DNA from: Chrysomallon squamiferum
Taxonomy: Eukaryota > Animalia > Mollusca
Assembly (NCBI GenBank): GCA_012295275.1
Contig: CM022679.1
Span: 1,488,001-1,552,000 of the forward strand
Direction: 5' to 3'
Length of the DNA stretch: 64,000 nt
Position numbers and translations under genes: made by a program. The notes beneath the pieces were generated by a model. That model worked only from the letters and a program-made list of their open reading frames with translations, had not been told where the DNA came from and ran no database searches. Below, in pieces: positions 39,601 through 54,854 of this stretch. Each line of letters begins with the position of its first letter. Positions within the stretch are counted from its first letter, which is position 1.

Positions 39601-40606
39601 TTTTATAAACGGCAAGCCCAATGGTAAAAACAACGATAGTAAATATAATTCTGTATTTGCTGTTGAAGTCTGTGTGGGAACGTGCACACAGTATGTTTAG
39701 TTAATCACTCCACTCCATTCTTTACTGATAACAAAGTTTGATAAGAAAACTTGAAAGCAAACTTCACAACAATCACTTCCCCATAGACTTATATACATGA
39801 CGTCAGTTCGTATATAAAATAATAAAAATGTGGCATTGTCCTGATAATTACCTATTACAAGTTAACCAATCTGTTTTACTTGAACAAAGATGTTGGAATT
39901 CAGAGATCTCGCTTAATCTCACAACTTCGTTAACGTTCTTGATTGCCGAAATACATATATATAAAATAACAAAAAAAAAATGAAAAAACGACAACACAAA
40001 AGAAAATTGCTGTAAAACTCAATTAAGAACTCATCCACTTGGGAAAATCGGAAGGAAAACAATAAAATAAAATAACATCCGACATTCGCCAAAGGTCAGA
40101 AGCACAGCTTTGAAAACAGTTGTGACCGATATGACCTCAGTAACGAAGAAGACGATTTTCTTTAAGGTGTGATACTTAGTCACATCTTCGCCAGGTTATT
40201 AGCTGGCTGTCAAACAACTGCTGTACCCTGTGAACATTACGTTTAACCACGTCTCAACATCGTTTTAATATTAACAGGTTGTTAGGCGTCAGAAACGTGG
40301 CTTTTTTTATGAAGATGATATTTGAGAGAGGAAAACAGATGTGGCATTTCCGTGGGCTATTTTCGTCTCTTACATGTACTCTGACGCAGTCAGAACAAAT
40401 TACACACACGAGTATTTGCCGTGAAGAAGAGATTTTGATAGTGCAGGACTGATCTGTTTCCAGTCACGTTTGGGAATTAACAGTCTCGTATAAACTGTAT
40501 TACCCCTCCTGTCCGCATTTTATTTTACCTATCTATCTATCTATCTATCTATCTCAATCAATCTATCTTTATCTCTATATCTATATCTATCTCTCTCTCT
40601 GTCTCA

Positions 40607-40696
<90 letters not shown>

Positions 40697-40905
40697 CTGC
40701 CTATCTGTTTTTTGCCTATATATTTCTATCTGTCTAAACGATATATTAATAGATAGATAATTATCTGTATGTCTATCTAGGTAAACATGTTTCTATTTAT
40801 ATCACTGCACATCTCTCTTTTCATCTCACTATTTGTGTCGCTATTTGTCTTCACTGATATAGCTATTTCTATCTTCTCTCCATATATTTTTCTGTTATCT
40901 ATATA

Positions 40906-40940
<35 letters not shown>

Positions 40941-41794
40941 GACATGTATCTGCTATCTATTTATCTTTCTGTTCTGATTCTCTTTTTCCTTTAAGTGTAC
41001 TTTCTTTTTCTTTTCTTTTCTTTTTGTGTGTAAAACGAGTAAAAACGTATTATAATCTGCATGAAGAAGACACCTTGACAAGTATCTACTCGACACACGC
41101 AGAACAGCACTCGAAACACGTGATCGCGAAACACCTCGGTTAGACTTCTTTTTGATTTGTCAGGAGGCTGCTGACAAAGATTACAAACACCGTCTCTTCA
41201 CAGCCAAAGAAAGTTACTAATTAACCAGCTTTTAGAACAAAATATCCTCCAGGATCAATAATATGTGAAGCAATTACATTTAGAAGCTTTAACGCTGGCG
41301 CGATTAGCTCACATCCGTGTAGCTTTGGGCCTCGAGTCTTCAAGGCTGTGTTTTCTGTTCTCGGCTTTCTGACCCGGTTTATGCGAGGATGAACATCAGG
41401 GTTCAAGTGTCGAGCGGTGACGGGCAGAGAAGAAAGGAGTTTTTATTTTGTTTTATTTTATTTTATTTTTGTTCTTAAAGTTAATCGTTTAAAATGTTTT
41501 AGTGTGTAGTGAGTGAGTGAGAGATGGGGGAGAGAGGGGCGGAGAGAGAGAGGGGGAGAGAGGGGTAGAGAGGGGAGAGAGAGGGAGACAAAGAGTGGGT
41601 GGTGACAAAAGTAGGGATGGGCAGGTAGAAGGATGGAGAAGGCGTCAGAAACAAATGAAGAGTGATAGAAAAATTACAGTTAGAATGACATTCAGACTGA
41701 AATAAACACATATTTTCAGATCATCCTATCATCATAATCATCATCTTTATCATCATCATCATTATTGTTGTTGTGATTATCATTATCATTATCA

Positions 41795-41841
<47 letters not shown>

Positions 41842-42582
41842 CATCACAATTTATAAAACATTTAAAAGAACTCTAATATTATTCTACAGAATTTATTTTC
41901 CTTTCTGAGATTTAGACAAAATGCAATTTTTGGCGAAATATAGTTAAAATAAATGGAAAGATATAAACGCAGAAAATTATAGGTATAGGTGCGAATCCAA
42001 ACATTTTTACCAGGGCGTCTAGGAATAGTGATAGCAGAATATTTACTGGCATAAAAAGTCGCTTTAAGACCAGGAATAAGAAATCAGTTATTGAAACCAG
42101 TAAGACCACGTTTCTACGAATTATTTGGATTCACGCCTTCGCAGTCATAAACAGAGAAATATAAAACAGAACTAAAAAATTTCAAAGTAGTAAACAATAT
42201 GGCGATTTTATGGTTAACAGTAAAATTGTTTTCAGTCTTCGAACCTGTAAATGAAATGAACGTTCTAAAATAAAAATAAAAATAAAACAAATTAAAGAAA
42301 TATTTTTTTATGATTATTTACTTCTGACAGGAAAGATCTGATGTTTTGTTAATATGCGATTCAACCCGTTTGATTTAAAGAGATTAAAATACGTTAGGTA
42401 AAAATTAACGAAAATCGTGCTTTTCGTTCATTACAGCGTGTGTGTAACTGTTTATTCACAACTAACACAGCAGCAGAGAAGAAGATTTGCTTTAAACGGA
42501 GAAATTATCACGTAGGAAAATGTCTACATGCATGCTTCCTTTTACGTGGACTTTGGCATTTTCACCAGTGTCCAGGTACAAG

Positions 42583-42616
<34 letters not shown>

Positions 42617-43182
42617 AGATAAACAGACAGACAGATAGAGAGATAGATAGAAATACCACAAACACACACACACAAACATGTTTTACGAAAGATTATTTAT
42701 TTTACGTGTTATCATATTTTAAAGCTTCTCCTTGCATCACATTGCGTAGCTTACTTTACCACTCATATAAGCGGTTCAGAAACCAACAGAAATAGAAATG
42801 TAGGATGCAAAACGTGTGTAGCAACCACAGACAAAAGTGCTAAGTAAATAGCTGTTTTGTTCTCTAACAGACAATCTGGATATGTGATCTCTGTGTAAAC
42901 AATCTCTGTGTTTGTTATGTGTATCATCCAGTTACTCGTTTCAAACTGTACCGAGATACGAGATGTACTTCTGGCGTGAGACTGTGTCATTTCACGTTAC
43001 AGTTGCCTCTTGCGTCTAATCCGTCATTTGAAGTCAGTGACCGCGGGTGTAGAGTCAGTGTTCTTGTAGTGTCTGTATCTGTGTGACGTTACATCCTACA
43101 CGCAGACTTGTTGAATGAACTGAAGAGCTGTAATAACATCTTCTGTCTTATCTCTAACACACGCCGGGAGTCGTGCAGAAAG

Positions 43183-43497
43183 CCTAGACTCCAGTGTTAA
43201 CAACATTAAAACTAGGCTCCTTTATTAGCCTACGTTATTGCTAGGCTCCCGTTGTAAGCTACATTATTACCAATCTGTTGAATATTACTAGACGCCCGCA
43301 TTAGACTACATTATTACAAGGCTACAGCGTTAGACTACATTATTTCTAAGTTCCAGTATGAGGCTAAATTATTACTAGACTCCAGTATTCGACTACATTA
43401 TTTCTTGGTTCCAGTATGAGGCTACATATTACTGGACTCCTGTATTAGACAACATTATTACTAGACTCCTGTATTAGACTAACATTATTACTCGGCT
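43183..43497. repeat. Degenerate ~29-31 bp minisatellite
   Basis: TAGACTACATTATTACTAGACTCCTGTAT-like units recur about 10 times. Confidence 0.85.
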
Positions 43498-43904
43498 CAC
43501 ACTGAACGTAAGCACGTTACAAATGTTTGATTGATGTTTCGGCTTCCTGATTTAGTTAATTAGTCACTTACTCGAGGTCAAAACTGATTTACTTTGAGTG
43601 AAACGTGTTTTACACTACCGTACTTTCTCTTCTATTCGTCGTTCACCTTTCTCTCGTAATAAAAACTTGACTTTTTTATGGCCACATTTTTTATCTTAAT
43701 GATCTGGTTTCTTTTGGAAGTTTATTTTTGTGATTGTCAGTAGCATTTCCCTTTACCTTTATCTTAAAAATATATATATAAATAACATGAAGGTGGCACC
43801 ATTCTCCCGTACTCAGAAGGCGGTGTTACCGTTCGGCCACCGAGACAACCCTCGTAAGATTTACACGTTGCATGAACGTATCTCTCTGTCTGTCTGTCTG
43901 TATC

Positions 43905-44262
43905 TATGTATGTATGTTATATATGTATGTACGTGTGTGTATGTATGTATGTATGGTGTATGTATGTATGTATGTATGTATGTTATATATGTATGTACGT
44001 GTGTGTATGTATGTATGTATGGTGTATGTATGTATGTATGGTGTATGTATGTATGTATGTATGTATATGTATGTATGTATGTGTGTGTATGTATGTATGT
44101 GTGTATTTTGTATGTATGTATGTATGTATGTATGTATGTATGTATGTATGTATGTATGTATGTGTGTATGTGTGTGTATGAATGTATGTATGTATGTGTG
44201 TATGTGTGTGTATGTGTGTGTGTGTGTGTATGTATGTATGTGTGTATTATATATGTATGCAT
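43905..44262 (+). repeat. (TATG)n/(TG)n compound microsatellite
   Basis: Direct inspection; includes a duplicated ~68-bp higher-order block. Confidence 0.95.
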
Positions 44263-44554
44263 GTAGGAAAAATGCACACAACATTTAATCTGAAATGTCG
44301 GACCACTGCTTGTATCGAAATATGACAAATCATTATGAACTGGACGAAGAAAATATTTTTATTTCAAACGTACATCAGTGTTTTTAATCTAAGCTAAAAT
44401 ACAGATTATACTGTCCCACCTGTTATGAGAAAAATCTGAAACATTTATCAGAATTGTTAAACTTACAAATGATTAGTTAAAGATATGTTTAAGAAAAACC
44501 AAAAAACTACTAACTAACCAGCTAACTAAATAAATGAATAAATAAATAAGTAAG

Positions 44555-44593
<39 letters not shown>

Positions 44594-46227
44594 TAAAAAA
44601 AGAAGAAGAATAGAAAAAAGAAAAGAAAGGAAGAATAAAAAGAAATGTTAGAAGTTGGTTCCGGGAATCGATCCCAGGATATGATTTAATAATTTCCGCT
44701 AGTGAGGTTCGGTTCGGTGTTTAAAAACTAGCTTAAGAAAACTGTAATTAAAATAGCATAAAGACAGAAAGTACAATACCTAAGACGGGAAGAAAAGGTG
44801 ACGGCTATAAATAAACGCATGTAAATTGAGTAGTAAGATTGGAATTCTGTAAGATGTCAATTCATTAACAGTCGAGCAGAAACTTCGCGAATTCCGTGTT
44901 TCCAAAAACATTCACGTCAACCCACACCCCCGCAGTCAGAGAACACAAGAAGAAGAAGAAGAAGAGAAACTAATATTTAGAAGCCAGTCGTTTTCAAAAC
45001 AGCTTGATTTTTCCTTTGTTTTTCTTCACACTAAATTTCCTAGAAATCTCAGAAATAAACCTGTTTCCTTTTTTGAAATATTGTAAAATTTATTTTATTT
45101 AGTTTAGTTTTTTATTTGTTTTATTTTATTTTGGTTCGCTTGTAGGGTTTTGGTTTTGTTGTTGGTGCTGCTGTTGTTATTGTTATTGTAGTTGTTGTTG
45201 CTGTCATGTTGTTGCTAATGTAGAGTATACTGCTCCTATCTGACTGAGTTAAACTTTGCATCTGACTACTAGAAAATATCCTGAATATCTACTGAATAGG
45301 TAATCAAGTATCTAACTGTATCCTAAAGATGAAATGTAAAGACATAACTAACTATACTAGAAATTCAGAAACTCAGGCTATGACATCTACTGTTTTAATA
45401 TATTCTTACCAAGCGATGATCGGCTGTTATATTCAGAATATTTATTAGTTATTTATTTTTAATCGGGTATTCAGGATACCTTTTCTATAGTTTCTCTATT
45501 ATTTACAATTCACTGGATAAATTAGATTTGTGTCCATTTAACAAGTTACTCTACATAAATATCTGTGATAATTCAGAGATTACAATTCACTAGATATTCA
45601 GAATACGTTCTAGAACAGTTACATATGTGTTCAAACTTGACTTGATATTCAGGATTTTTTCTACTCGTTAGATACGTGCTTACAGTGCAGTATATTTTCT
45701 AATAATTGGATATTTTGTGTGTTTACAGTTCTCTAAACATTCAGGATATTTCCAAATATGCTAGATACAATTCACTCGTGACAGTATTTAAATTGATTTA
45801 GGCAGGAAACTGAAAAAAAGTCGATAGGGAGAAAAGAAAAATTCGAAAGCAGAGAAGTTCTGTAAAGAAAGACTGATATAAAGGAAAGTGTACACTTTTT
45901 GTCAGATACTGGCAGCCTGGCAAATGTGTGCAAAGACAAGGATTGATCCTGCCATCCGAGGATTACAAGTTGGAATTAAACATCAATCAACAGACACGTT
46001 TTGCTTGAAAAAGAACAAATCTAAAATTGAGTATTCTGCACGTGCGTTTTCATGCAGCTGATTTCACGTGTGTTTTTCTTATAGCCTTCTTTGACACGTG
46101 TTATAAGAAATATTTGTTTGTTACAAAAATGTTAAAACAAAATTTATTCAGAAGAATTTTATTTATGTAGTAGGTCTACAGAATATTCCCTAAAGTAAAT
46201 ATTAACAAGAAAATATGAAGCACTTAC

Positions 46228-46564
46228 CATGAGCAAAGCTATTAATCCTGCAAAATAATCTACCCAGAATCCACCCCTCTGATATGTTGTCCACGAAGTG
46301 TACCCACGTGCACATCATCGTCACCATGAGGTCTGCAATGGCGAGGTTGACGATGTAGAAGTTTGTCGCAGTCCTCATTCGTTTATGTCTGTAGACGATG
46401 ATGATAATGAGGATGTTGCCGAACAAGGAGAACGCAATGATGACGAGATAAAACACGGCTTTGACGGCGATTTCAAACGGCGGCAACGACTTGAGGACTT
46501 CGGGGTACGGCACGGTGTCGTAGTAGTCATATACGGAACCCGTGGTTATGTGCATGGCGTCCAT
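46228..46564 (-). CDS. Rhodopsin-like (class A) neuropeptide-receptor-like GPCR, exon 1: N-terminus, TM1, TM2, start of TM3
   Basis: Start context aacATGG with an in-frame TAA 7 codons upstream. Motifs SLFGN (TM1), KRMRTATNFYIVNLAIADL (ICL1/TM2), WILGRLFC (ECL1). Donor G|GTAAGT at 46227, phase 1. Confidence 0.95.
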
Positions 46565-47024
46565 GTTGACGGGAACCTCTAATTAAGGTTTATAAGCTCG
46601 ACACCTCCTAGTGGTGTTATTTCCAGATTGGTAACTGTTGGTGTATAAAGCCACTTTGCGGTGTTTAACTCAGCCCGCTATCCTCACATAGTGTAATAAC
46701 CGTTACTCCACTTTGCAGCGAATCTGAACAACTGACTCGCAGAAGATCGTCAAGTTTATTACCGCCTGGTCGCTGTAGAGTTAGCATCGACACAAAAAAA
46801 CCAGCAGACACCTCGGAGTTATTTAATTACTTCCAAGTTTCAAATCACTTCATCTTGTTGCTTTCTTTCAGATACGTTAATGTTAATCCTTTCTGTTACG
46901 TTTTAATTTTTATTTTTTTATACACGAAAACGTAACAAAAAAACGATACATTTCGGGACAGATTATTTAAGCAGTAAAGGTGTCAGATGAAAAAAAAACG
47001 TCGCTGAGATGAAAAAGAGGAGTT

Positions 47025-47200
47025 TTTTGAAAATATCTCTGAATACGAGAAAGACAGTTAATACCGAAAACATCGCTGAATACGAAAAGAGAGTTAATGC
47101 CGAAAACATCTCCGAAAACGAAAAGAATAGTTAATGCTGAAAACAGCGCTAAAAACGCAAACGAGAGTTAGCGCTGAAAACATCGTCTTCAACGCGAGTT
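47025..47200. repeat. ~37-bp degenerate tandem repeat between the GPCR ATG and the candidate promoter
   Basis: GAAAACATCGCTGAATACGAAAAGAGAGTTAATGCC-like unit, about 4-5 copies. Confidence 0.8.
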
Positions 47201-47249
47201 AATCTGAGAAAAAAGCCGAAACGCGATGACAAGAAAATCCTGACAAGTG

Positions 47250-47670
47250 TGGAATCAATAGCGGGCGCTGTTCAATAAAACAACGTATTGCATCTGTTTA
47301 AAAAAGCAGCTAATTAGAGACACATTTCCTCCCACAAGACAAGGTCTGACCTAATCGCTCAGCAATTTCCTCGCGTCACAGGTAGCGCGCGTCACGGGCG
47401 AATGATTTCATCCGCGAGACGAAGCCTCCAATCACTGCCGTGTTCAGCTCTCCGCCCGCTCTCTTCAGCTTGCGTCTCCAGTGTTCAACATTTACAAGTA
47501 TTTCATACAAGCTGTTCTGTCACGTGCGAGCCGCAGTCTGACTGTACGTCCGTCTCTCCGTCACTCCGCGCTGACTACGTGAAAACGCGGGTAACACCAC
47601 GTGTCGCGTTCTGGGACGTTGTAAAACACAGAGTGTCGGAAATAATTAGTATGGTAATGAAGCGATGACG
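47250..47670. promoter_or_regulatory. GC/CpG-rich candidate promoter upstream of the GPCR
   Basis: Local GC and CpG enrichment 0.7-1.1 kb upstream of the GPCR ATG. CCAAT about 47427, GC box CCGCCC about 47452, CACGTG at 47521 and 47598, and two CGCGTCAC half-CRE-like sites. Confidence 0.5.
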
Positions 47671-47675
47671 ATCCG

Positions 47676-47890
47676 AATCAATGAATGAACGAATGAATGA
47701 ACGAATGAATGAATGAATGAAAGAATGAAAGAATGAAAGAATGAATGAAAGAATGAATGAATGAATGAATGAATGAACGAATGAATGAACGAATGAAAGA
47801 ATCAATGAATGAAAGAATCAATGAATGAACGAATGAATGAATGAATGAATGAATGAAAGAATGAATGAAAGAATGAATGAATGAAAGAAT
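47676..47890 (+). repeat. (GAAT)n microsatellite
   Basis: Direct inspection. Confidence 0.93.
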
Positions 47891-48532
47891 ATTTCCACAA
47901 TACGAAAGGTGATATCGAACACGAAACAGGAATTCAAACCAATCAATGCAGAAAGAAAAACACCTCGCTTATACATGGACGTACGAACATACAAAAGAAT
48001 AAAAGTAGGTAAGGCATTAAAATGTGAAATATCCACGTATATCCGTCATCAGTAATTAACACACTTAGCACTGTTTAATAAACTTAGTAAATTTGTCACT
48101 CTCCAGTAAAAATTAAGAATTTTTTCTTATTACTGGATTGAAGCTATCGGGGTGGTTTTGAAAATTACGTAACTGACATCTTTAAAAAAACAACAAAACA
48201 AAAAAAAACATATGTCTGTGCATAGGAGTTTTCGTGTACCATTTGACTGGCAACAATCAAACTTCGTGCAGAAAACTCCTGAGAAAACATTTTCGTAACT
48301 ATTCTAATTATAGTTGTTTATCCATAGCAAACGTTTATAAAGACTGTGCATTTGAGACCCGTGAACAATAAACATTATTAACGTGTGTATCGCTGTGTGC
48401 GAGCGAGTGAATCAGTAACAGTGCACGCATGTATGTGTAAGTTAATATAAATATGTGGCGTGTGAGTGTTTGTCTCTGAGTATCTGTGCTTAACCGTGTC
48501 CTCGTTTTGTAACACAAACACCAATACAGTAA

Positions 48533-48585
48533 ACTACGTTTCAATACAGTAAACTACGTTTCAATACACTAAACTACGTTTCAAT
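48533..48585 (+). repeat. 20-bp tandem repeat (2.6 copies) within a dispersed element copy
   Basis: AATACAGTAAACTACGTTTC repeated; the array begins near 48523. Confidence 0.85.
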
Positions 48586-48608
48586 GTACAAGACAACTGT
48601 TGCTTGAG

Positions 48609-48715
<107 letters not shown>

Positions 48716-48857
48716 TTGCATTTTGTTCCCGAGGTTTATACAGAGGTGTAATACATTATTTTGTATTTGAATTTATTTTTATTAACTTTTTGACGGTAAG
48801 TCATACGATTAGGTTTTCTCTGAAAATAAAGAGTTTTTATTTTGAAACCTTCCATAT

Positions 48858-48891
<34 letters not shown>

Positions 48892-49680
48892 TATATATAT
48901 AATAATAATAGTAATAGTAATAATAATAAATTAATTAATTAATATTTAATTAAACTAGTGACACTATTTTTTAAACTAATTAATTTGTTTCCTCTAAATG
49001 AATGTCATGCGGTCTCTTAACAAAATCATCTTCCTTGTTGAGTCATTTATTTTATTTTTTAAATTTAAATTTATTTTTATTTCCTTATACGTTTTACAGT
49101 TTCGTATGTCCAATAAATCTTTTGTTTCTAAACATCGTTGTTTTTTGTAGCAGATGAATAATAAAATTAAAAAAGAGAGACAGAAAAAAAAAATAGAATT
49201 AAAAAAAAAACAAAGGGCGAAATTATCCATTAATAACATTTTCTTTCTTTGTTTCTTTGCTGCTCTTGTCATTATTTGAAATGTTACCTGTCCAGTACAT
49301 TTCCTTTCAGTTTATTTATTTATTTTATTTTGTTTAGTTTTTTTAACAATTTCATTATTACAGCTCTGCTGATCAAATTTCACATCGTCACAGAAAAAAA
49401 GTTCTCAGTTTTTGCACATTTACGTCAGTCTCTTGTCATGGAATATCGCTGTGTTTTAATTCTGTGGTTCTTTCGGAAACTCTCTACACTTTTTTTTACA
49501 CTGCACGTAGTGTTACGTAGGTGTACAACAGATTATAGCAAGTCACGTCTACATCAACACACACCTCCATGCTTTAAGTACGAGCGCGTTATTCGCGCGT
49601 TTGAAATCCGCAGTTTTGACGAAAATGTGTGTAAACATGTGTGTTTCGAAACAATTCGAGTAGGTAGGAATATGTAGGTT

Positions 49681-49735
<55 letters not shown>

Positions 49736-51166
49736 TTATATATATTACATACATACATATATATACATACATATATACGTACATAAACATATATATATAT
49801 GTATATGTATGTATACATACATACATACATACGTACATAAACATATATACAAATATAACTTTGTTGGTAGTTAACATTATTAACAAGTATTATGACGGAC
49901 ATACAGATATATGCTTGTGTAAAATACAGCAAACAGATTACCTACAATTCAAGAGTTTAAGTAGATACATACAATAAAATACTTTATTTTTCTTACACTA
50001 TTCCTTACCATGCAATAAAAAATTTAAATTAGATAAGTAACATGAAGGATAATTTCGCCCACACACAAAGTAAGGAAAACGTGTTTGTGTTTAACATGTA
50101 ACAGTTTAACAGTTTAACGTTGGTATAAATAAATGCATTTATCACATGATTACGTAAGTCTGACAATCACCCACACTGTTGTCCGGTTGGGTATAATTAT
50201 AAAATACGAAATAATATTATACACGAAAACATATCAGTTACTAACAACTTCTATCAGGTATATAAAACATAATTATAGACGAATAAATGTCATATATCAA
50301 CTACACGAACTTCCATCTTAAACAGGATATACAAAAATAGTAATGGCTGTACCGTATTTTTTTCAAAAACACGTTAACGAGATCAAGAATTATCTCCCTT
50401 AGAAGTAGAATTTGTGTTTTACTCCGGGTTTTTATGACTTTATAAACATTTCCATCAGTCATCCACTGAATATTCATGCACGTTTGCTATGGGTAGAAAT
50501 CTACGCTATCTACTGATCTTCAGTAACTCGATACCTTGCTTGTACGGTTACTAGTATTAGTTATAAGTAGAAAACGGTGTAAAGCTTTTTATTCGTCCCG
50601 ATTTATTTTCTTAGCAGAAGTTATCTCACTGCAAGATTTCAGTCTTGTATTTTAGTTAATTAGAAATGTTGTAGTAGTTGTTTTAGTTCTTGATTTAATT
50701 AATTATCTTCTGTAGATAATTCTTGTACGATGTAATACAACATTTTAATTAAATAAGTGCAGGAATTAATAAATCTTTAGAATGAGGAATCAGAAGGTGG
50801 CGTTAGCAAAACAGAAGAGACTGAGAAAAGAACAATAATAATAATAGTAACAACAACAACAACAACAACAATAATAATAATAAAAATAATAATAATAGTT
50901 CGTATTATGTCAAAGAAGCATACTAGTAGTTTACAAGCATATTTATAAACGAGTGGTATTTTATTTAACCTCGGCGAAATTCATTAAAAAATTCATTATC
51001 ACCATGAAATTAGAGAAAAACTAGAGGATAATTTCAATCAGCGCGACAAAGGAAGGTTTCATCTGGTCACTGCGGTCAGTAGTGGTCAACGTGGTAATGG
51101 AAAGATGATAATGAAACCGGTCATCTGTTGGCACTGTGTATTGTGTCATGAATGTTCTCGAATTTC

Positions 51167-51288
<122 letters not shown>

Positions 51289-51363
51289 GTTTGCTGACCA
51301 AGACATTTATAAACATTTTTATTTTCTTTCTTTCTTTTTCTTATTTATTTATTTATTTATTTA

Positions 51364-51431
<68 letters not shown>

Positions 51432-51997
51432 TTTACAAACACTAATAATTTATAACAAATATACAAAAATCTGCGACATTTGGTCAGTCATTCTTTTTAT
51501 TAATTGTTATCCTAACAGAGTTGACAAATCAAAGAAATTAAACATCAATTAAATTTAATAGATTTTTTTTCTTCATTATTACTTTTAGTGTTTTCGTGGA
51601 ATCTTCCCTTTTATTAATTACGTGGTATCCTAAATGATTGTCAGCAACAATAACAATAATAATTTAAAAAAATGTTTACCATGAAATTTACTTGATATTT
51701 TTCCACTCAGCAATAACAAAATAAGAATTAAATTAAAATAATAGTAGTATAACGGTGGTTTAACCGGTGTTGGTGTCAGTGTAGCTGCTGTTACAAAGAC
51801 GAGGGAAACAGGTCGTTGTGGGTGATAATGTGCTTCTCACGCAGAATAATCTCACGAGTGATTGCTCGGAGATAGCCTTATTCATCACGCGATCTCACGA
51901 CTCACTGCGTCGCAAAATCAACACAGAGAAACACTGGACTGCTGCACGTGACCCTCTTTGACAAAACTAATACATCACCTTGTGTAATAACATTTCA

Positions 51998-52118
<121 letters not shown>

Positions 52119-52782
52119 CTCTCTGTATGTGTCTGTCTCTATTTATCAATATGTCACTCAAACACCTCCTCACAATACACATACACACCACGCAAATTCT
52201 TTATTTTTCTCGTTGCACCTTTTTTTTTTTTAATCATTCATGCCGATTTGTCAGGCTGGATTTCTCTGTCTTTATCTCTCCTTTTTTTCTTTATTACATC
52301 TTTATTCGTTGTTTTTAGATACAAATACACACACACCCACACACACGCACACACACGCACACACATGGAAACATAGAAACACAAAAACAGACAACGTACA
52401 AATGTGCAAGAAAAGGGTGTATGCGTAATTTCAAAAGTACTGATTAAAAATCAGAAATGTATTGATTACATTCAGACTGTAAGCCTTTCATTACGGCGAA
52501 CAAGAACGTTGAGTAAAATTAATTACTGTGGATTATGTATATTACACGACGTTTGCATGTTTGTGTGTTCTTTTTGCAGTTTCGCATGTATTTAACACAC
52601 ACACTGATATATATAAATACAGATATATATAAGACTGGAATAAATGCTATACGGCATCTGACGAATTGAGGGTCGAGACTGACTTTGTTCTCTGCCAGTC
52701 CGTTAGAATATCAGCCAAGTTTAGTCAGACGTAAACTGCAAGTGAATATTGATTAAAAAAATATATATACACGTACGTACGA

Positions 52783-53182
52783 ACATACACACATACAAAT
52801 ACATACCTACACTCATACATACACATACATACATACATAGATACATAACATACATACATACATACATAATACATACATACATACATACATACATACATAC
52901 ATACATACATACATACATACATACATACATACATACATACATACATACATACATACATACATACATACATACATACATACATACATACATACATACATAA
53001 CATACATACATACATAGATACATACATACATACATACATACATACATAGATACATACCATACATACATACCATACATACATACCATACATACATACATAC
53101 ATACATACATACATACATACATACATACATACATACATACATACATACATACATACATACATACATACATACATACATACAT
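52783..53182 (+). repeat. (TACA)n microsatellite
   Basis: Direct inspection, about 400 bp. Confidence 0.96.
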
Positions 53183-54397
53183 CATAGTTATATACATACA
53201 GAGAGAGAGAAAAGGAAAGATGGCGACTGAGGGCAACACAAACAATTTAAAAAGTCTAAGAGACAAAAACGAGAACGTCTGTTAACACTGAGCTGTTTAA
53301 ACAAGATCGGCTACGTTCTCTCTGAGACTCGCGTCAGGTCTGACTCAGAGGAAATAAAACGTTTCTCGGAGATGTTATTCTGGCCTTTCACCACACTTGA
53401 AATAATCACTCGCCTCAAAGCCTTGTTTGAGTAGCCCGTTTCACTGACATATTAACGTGTACATTAAGATGAATTAATAAAACTCGTTTACAAATGAGAT
53501 TAACTCTGCCCTTGATAACGCGGGTATCAGACTTTTAAAGTGTTTCTATCCGCCAAGCTTTGGACCAGAGGCAATCCTGAGTTCTTTATTTTCTGATTTT
53601 CTGGACTAAGGCTTAATATATACTTTAAAAATAAAATTAACAATTATTATTATTATGGTTTTAATTTATTTCTTTTTTCTTGCTGAAGTTCTTGGTTTTG
53701 TTTTATTAATATGCCATACAACAGCAATGAGATAATGACGTAATTTTATTTTATTTTATTTTATTTATTTTTTAATTGCTATTATGGTTTAATACTGTAA
53801 TAATATTACCGTAGTTATGCTATTAACGGTACTTCTTGTTAGATATACCGTAATATTTTTAACTCGAACTTTTTTCCCTATAATGATAATTGAGTATTTA
53901 AAAAAAAATAAGTATCATCAAAATAAATAAAAGCAACAGAAACAAATTTTACAAATGTTTTGGCAACAGACATGTACATGAAAAAAAAAAAAAAAAAAAC
54001 AAAAAAAAAAAACCTATGTAGTCTATCTGCAAAAATCGGTTTTAAAATTTTGATAATTCAGTAAAAAAAAAAAAAAAAAAAAAAAATAGTTTCTTAATAA
54101 AATTTGCTTATTAGAAAATAAAAATATATTATTATCCTTCTAAAAATGGCAGCATAATTATTCAAAATTACGCGAAAGTTGTGGAAATTGCTTTTTGACA
54201 TCATCTATACCTAAGGCAGATTGCTTTTTTCTTCTTCTTTTTTTCTATTTCCTAAACGATTACCTTATCGCTTCACACAGAGACCAGACCAGCGTTTTTC
54301 TGACAGAAATAGACAGATAAATCAGCGAGACAGCCATACAGACAGCGCGACAGACAGACAGACAGAGAGATACGCATAAATAAATATAAATGTGAGA

Positions 54398-54502
<105 letters not shown>

Positions 54503-54854
54503 ATCACCGCTCTATTCCGACGTTATTTATTTATTTATTTATTTCCCATTTTTCAAATAAAAATGTCAGGGAGCTGTAAAAGAAACCATTTTCTAGGAAG
54601 TTAGGTTTCTAGAACACACGGCGGCTGACAGCAGTTGTAGAAAAACACATTTTGTATTCTCACATTATCCAATAAGCCGCCACACGTAAAGAAACGGTTA
54701 TCCGACAGTGCTGTTATAAATTACAGTTTACTTCAATTTGCTATAAATCCCTAAACGAAATTTGTTGTTAACCTTCAGTTCAGCGTAATCTTTTGTTAGA
54801 ACAGTAAAAATTTGTCTGTTTAATTTGTATTTATTTATAGCCTAATTATTATCC

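Noticed and set aside
47402-47668. 88-aa plus ORF in the GC-rich island
   Set aside because: No recognisable motif; better explained by stop-codon scarcity in a promoter-like region.
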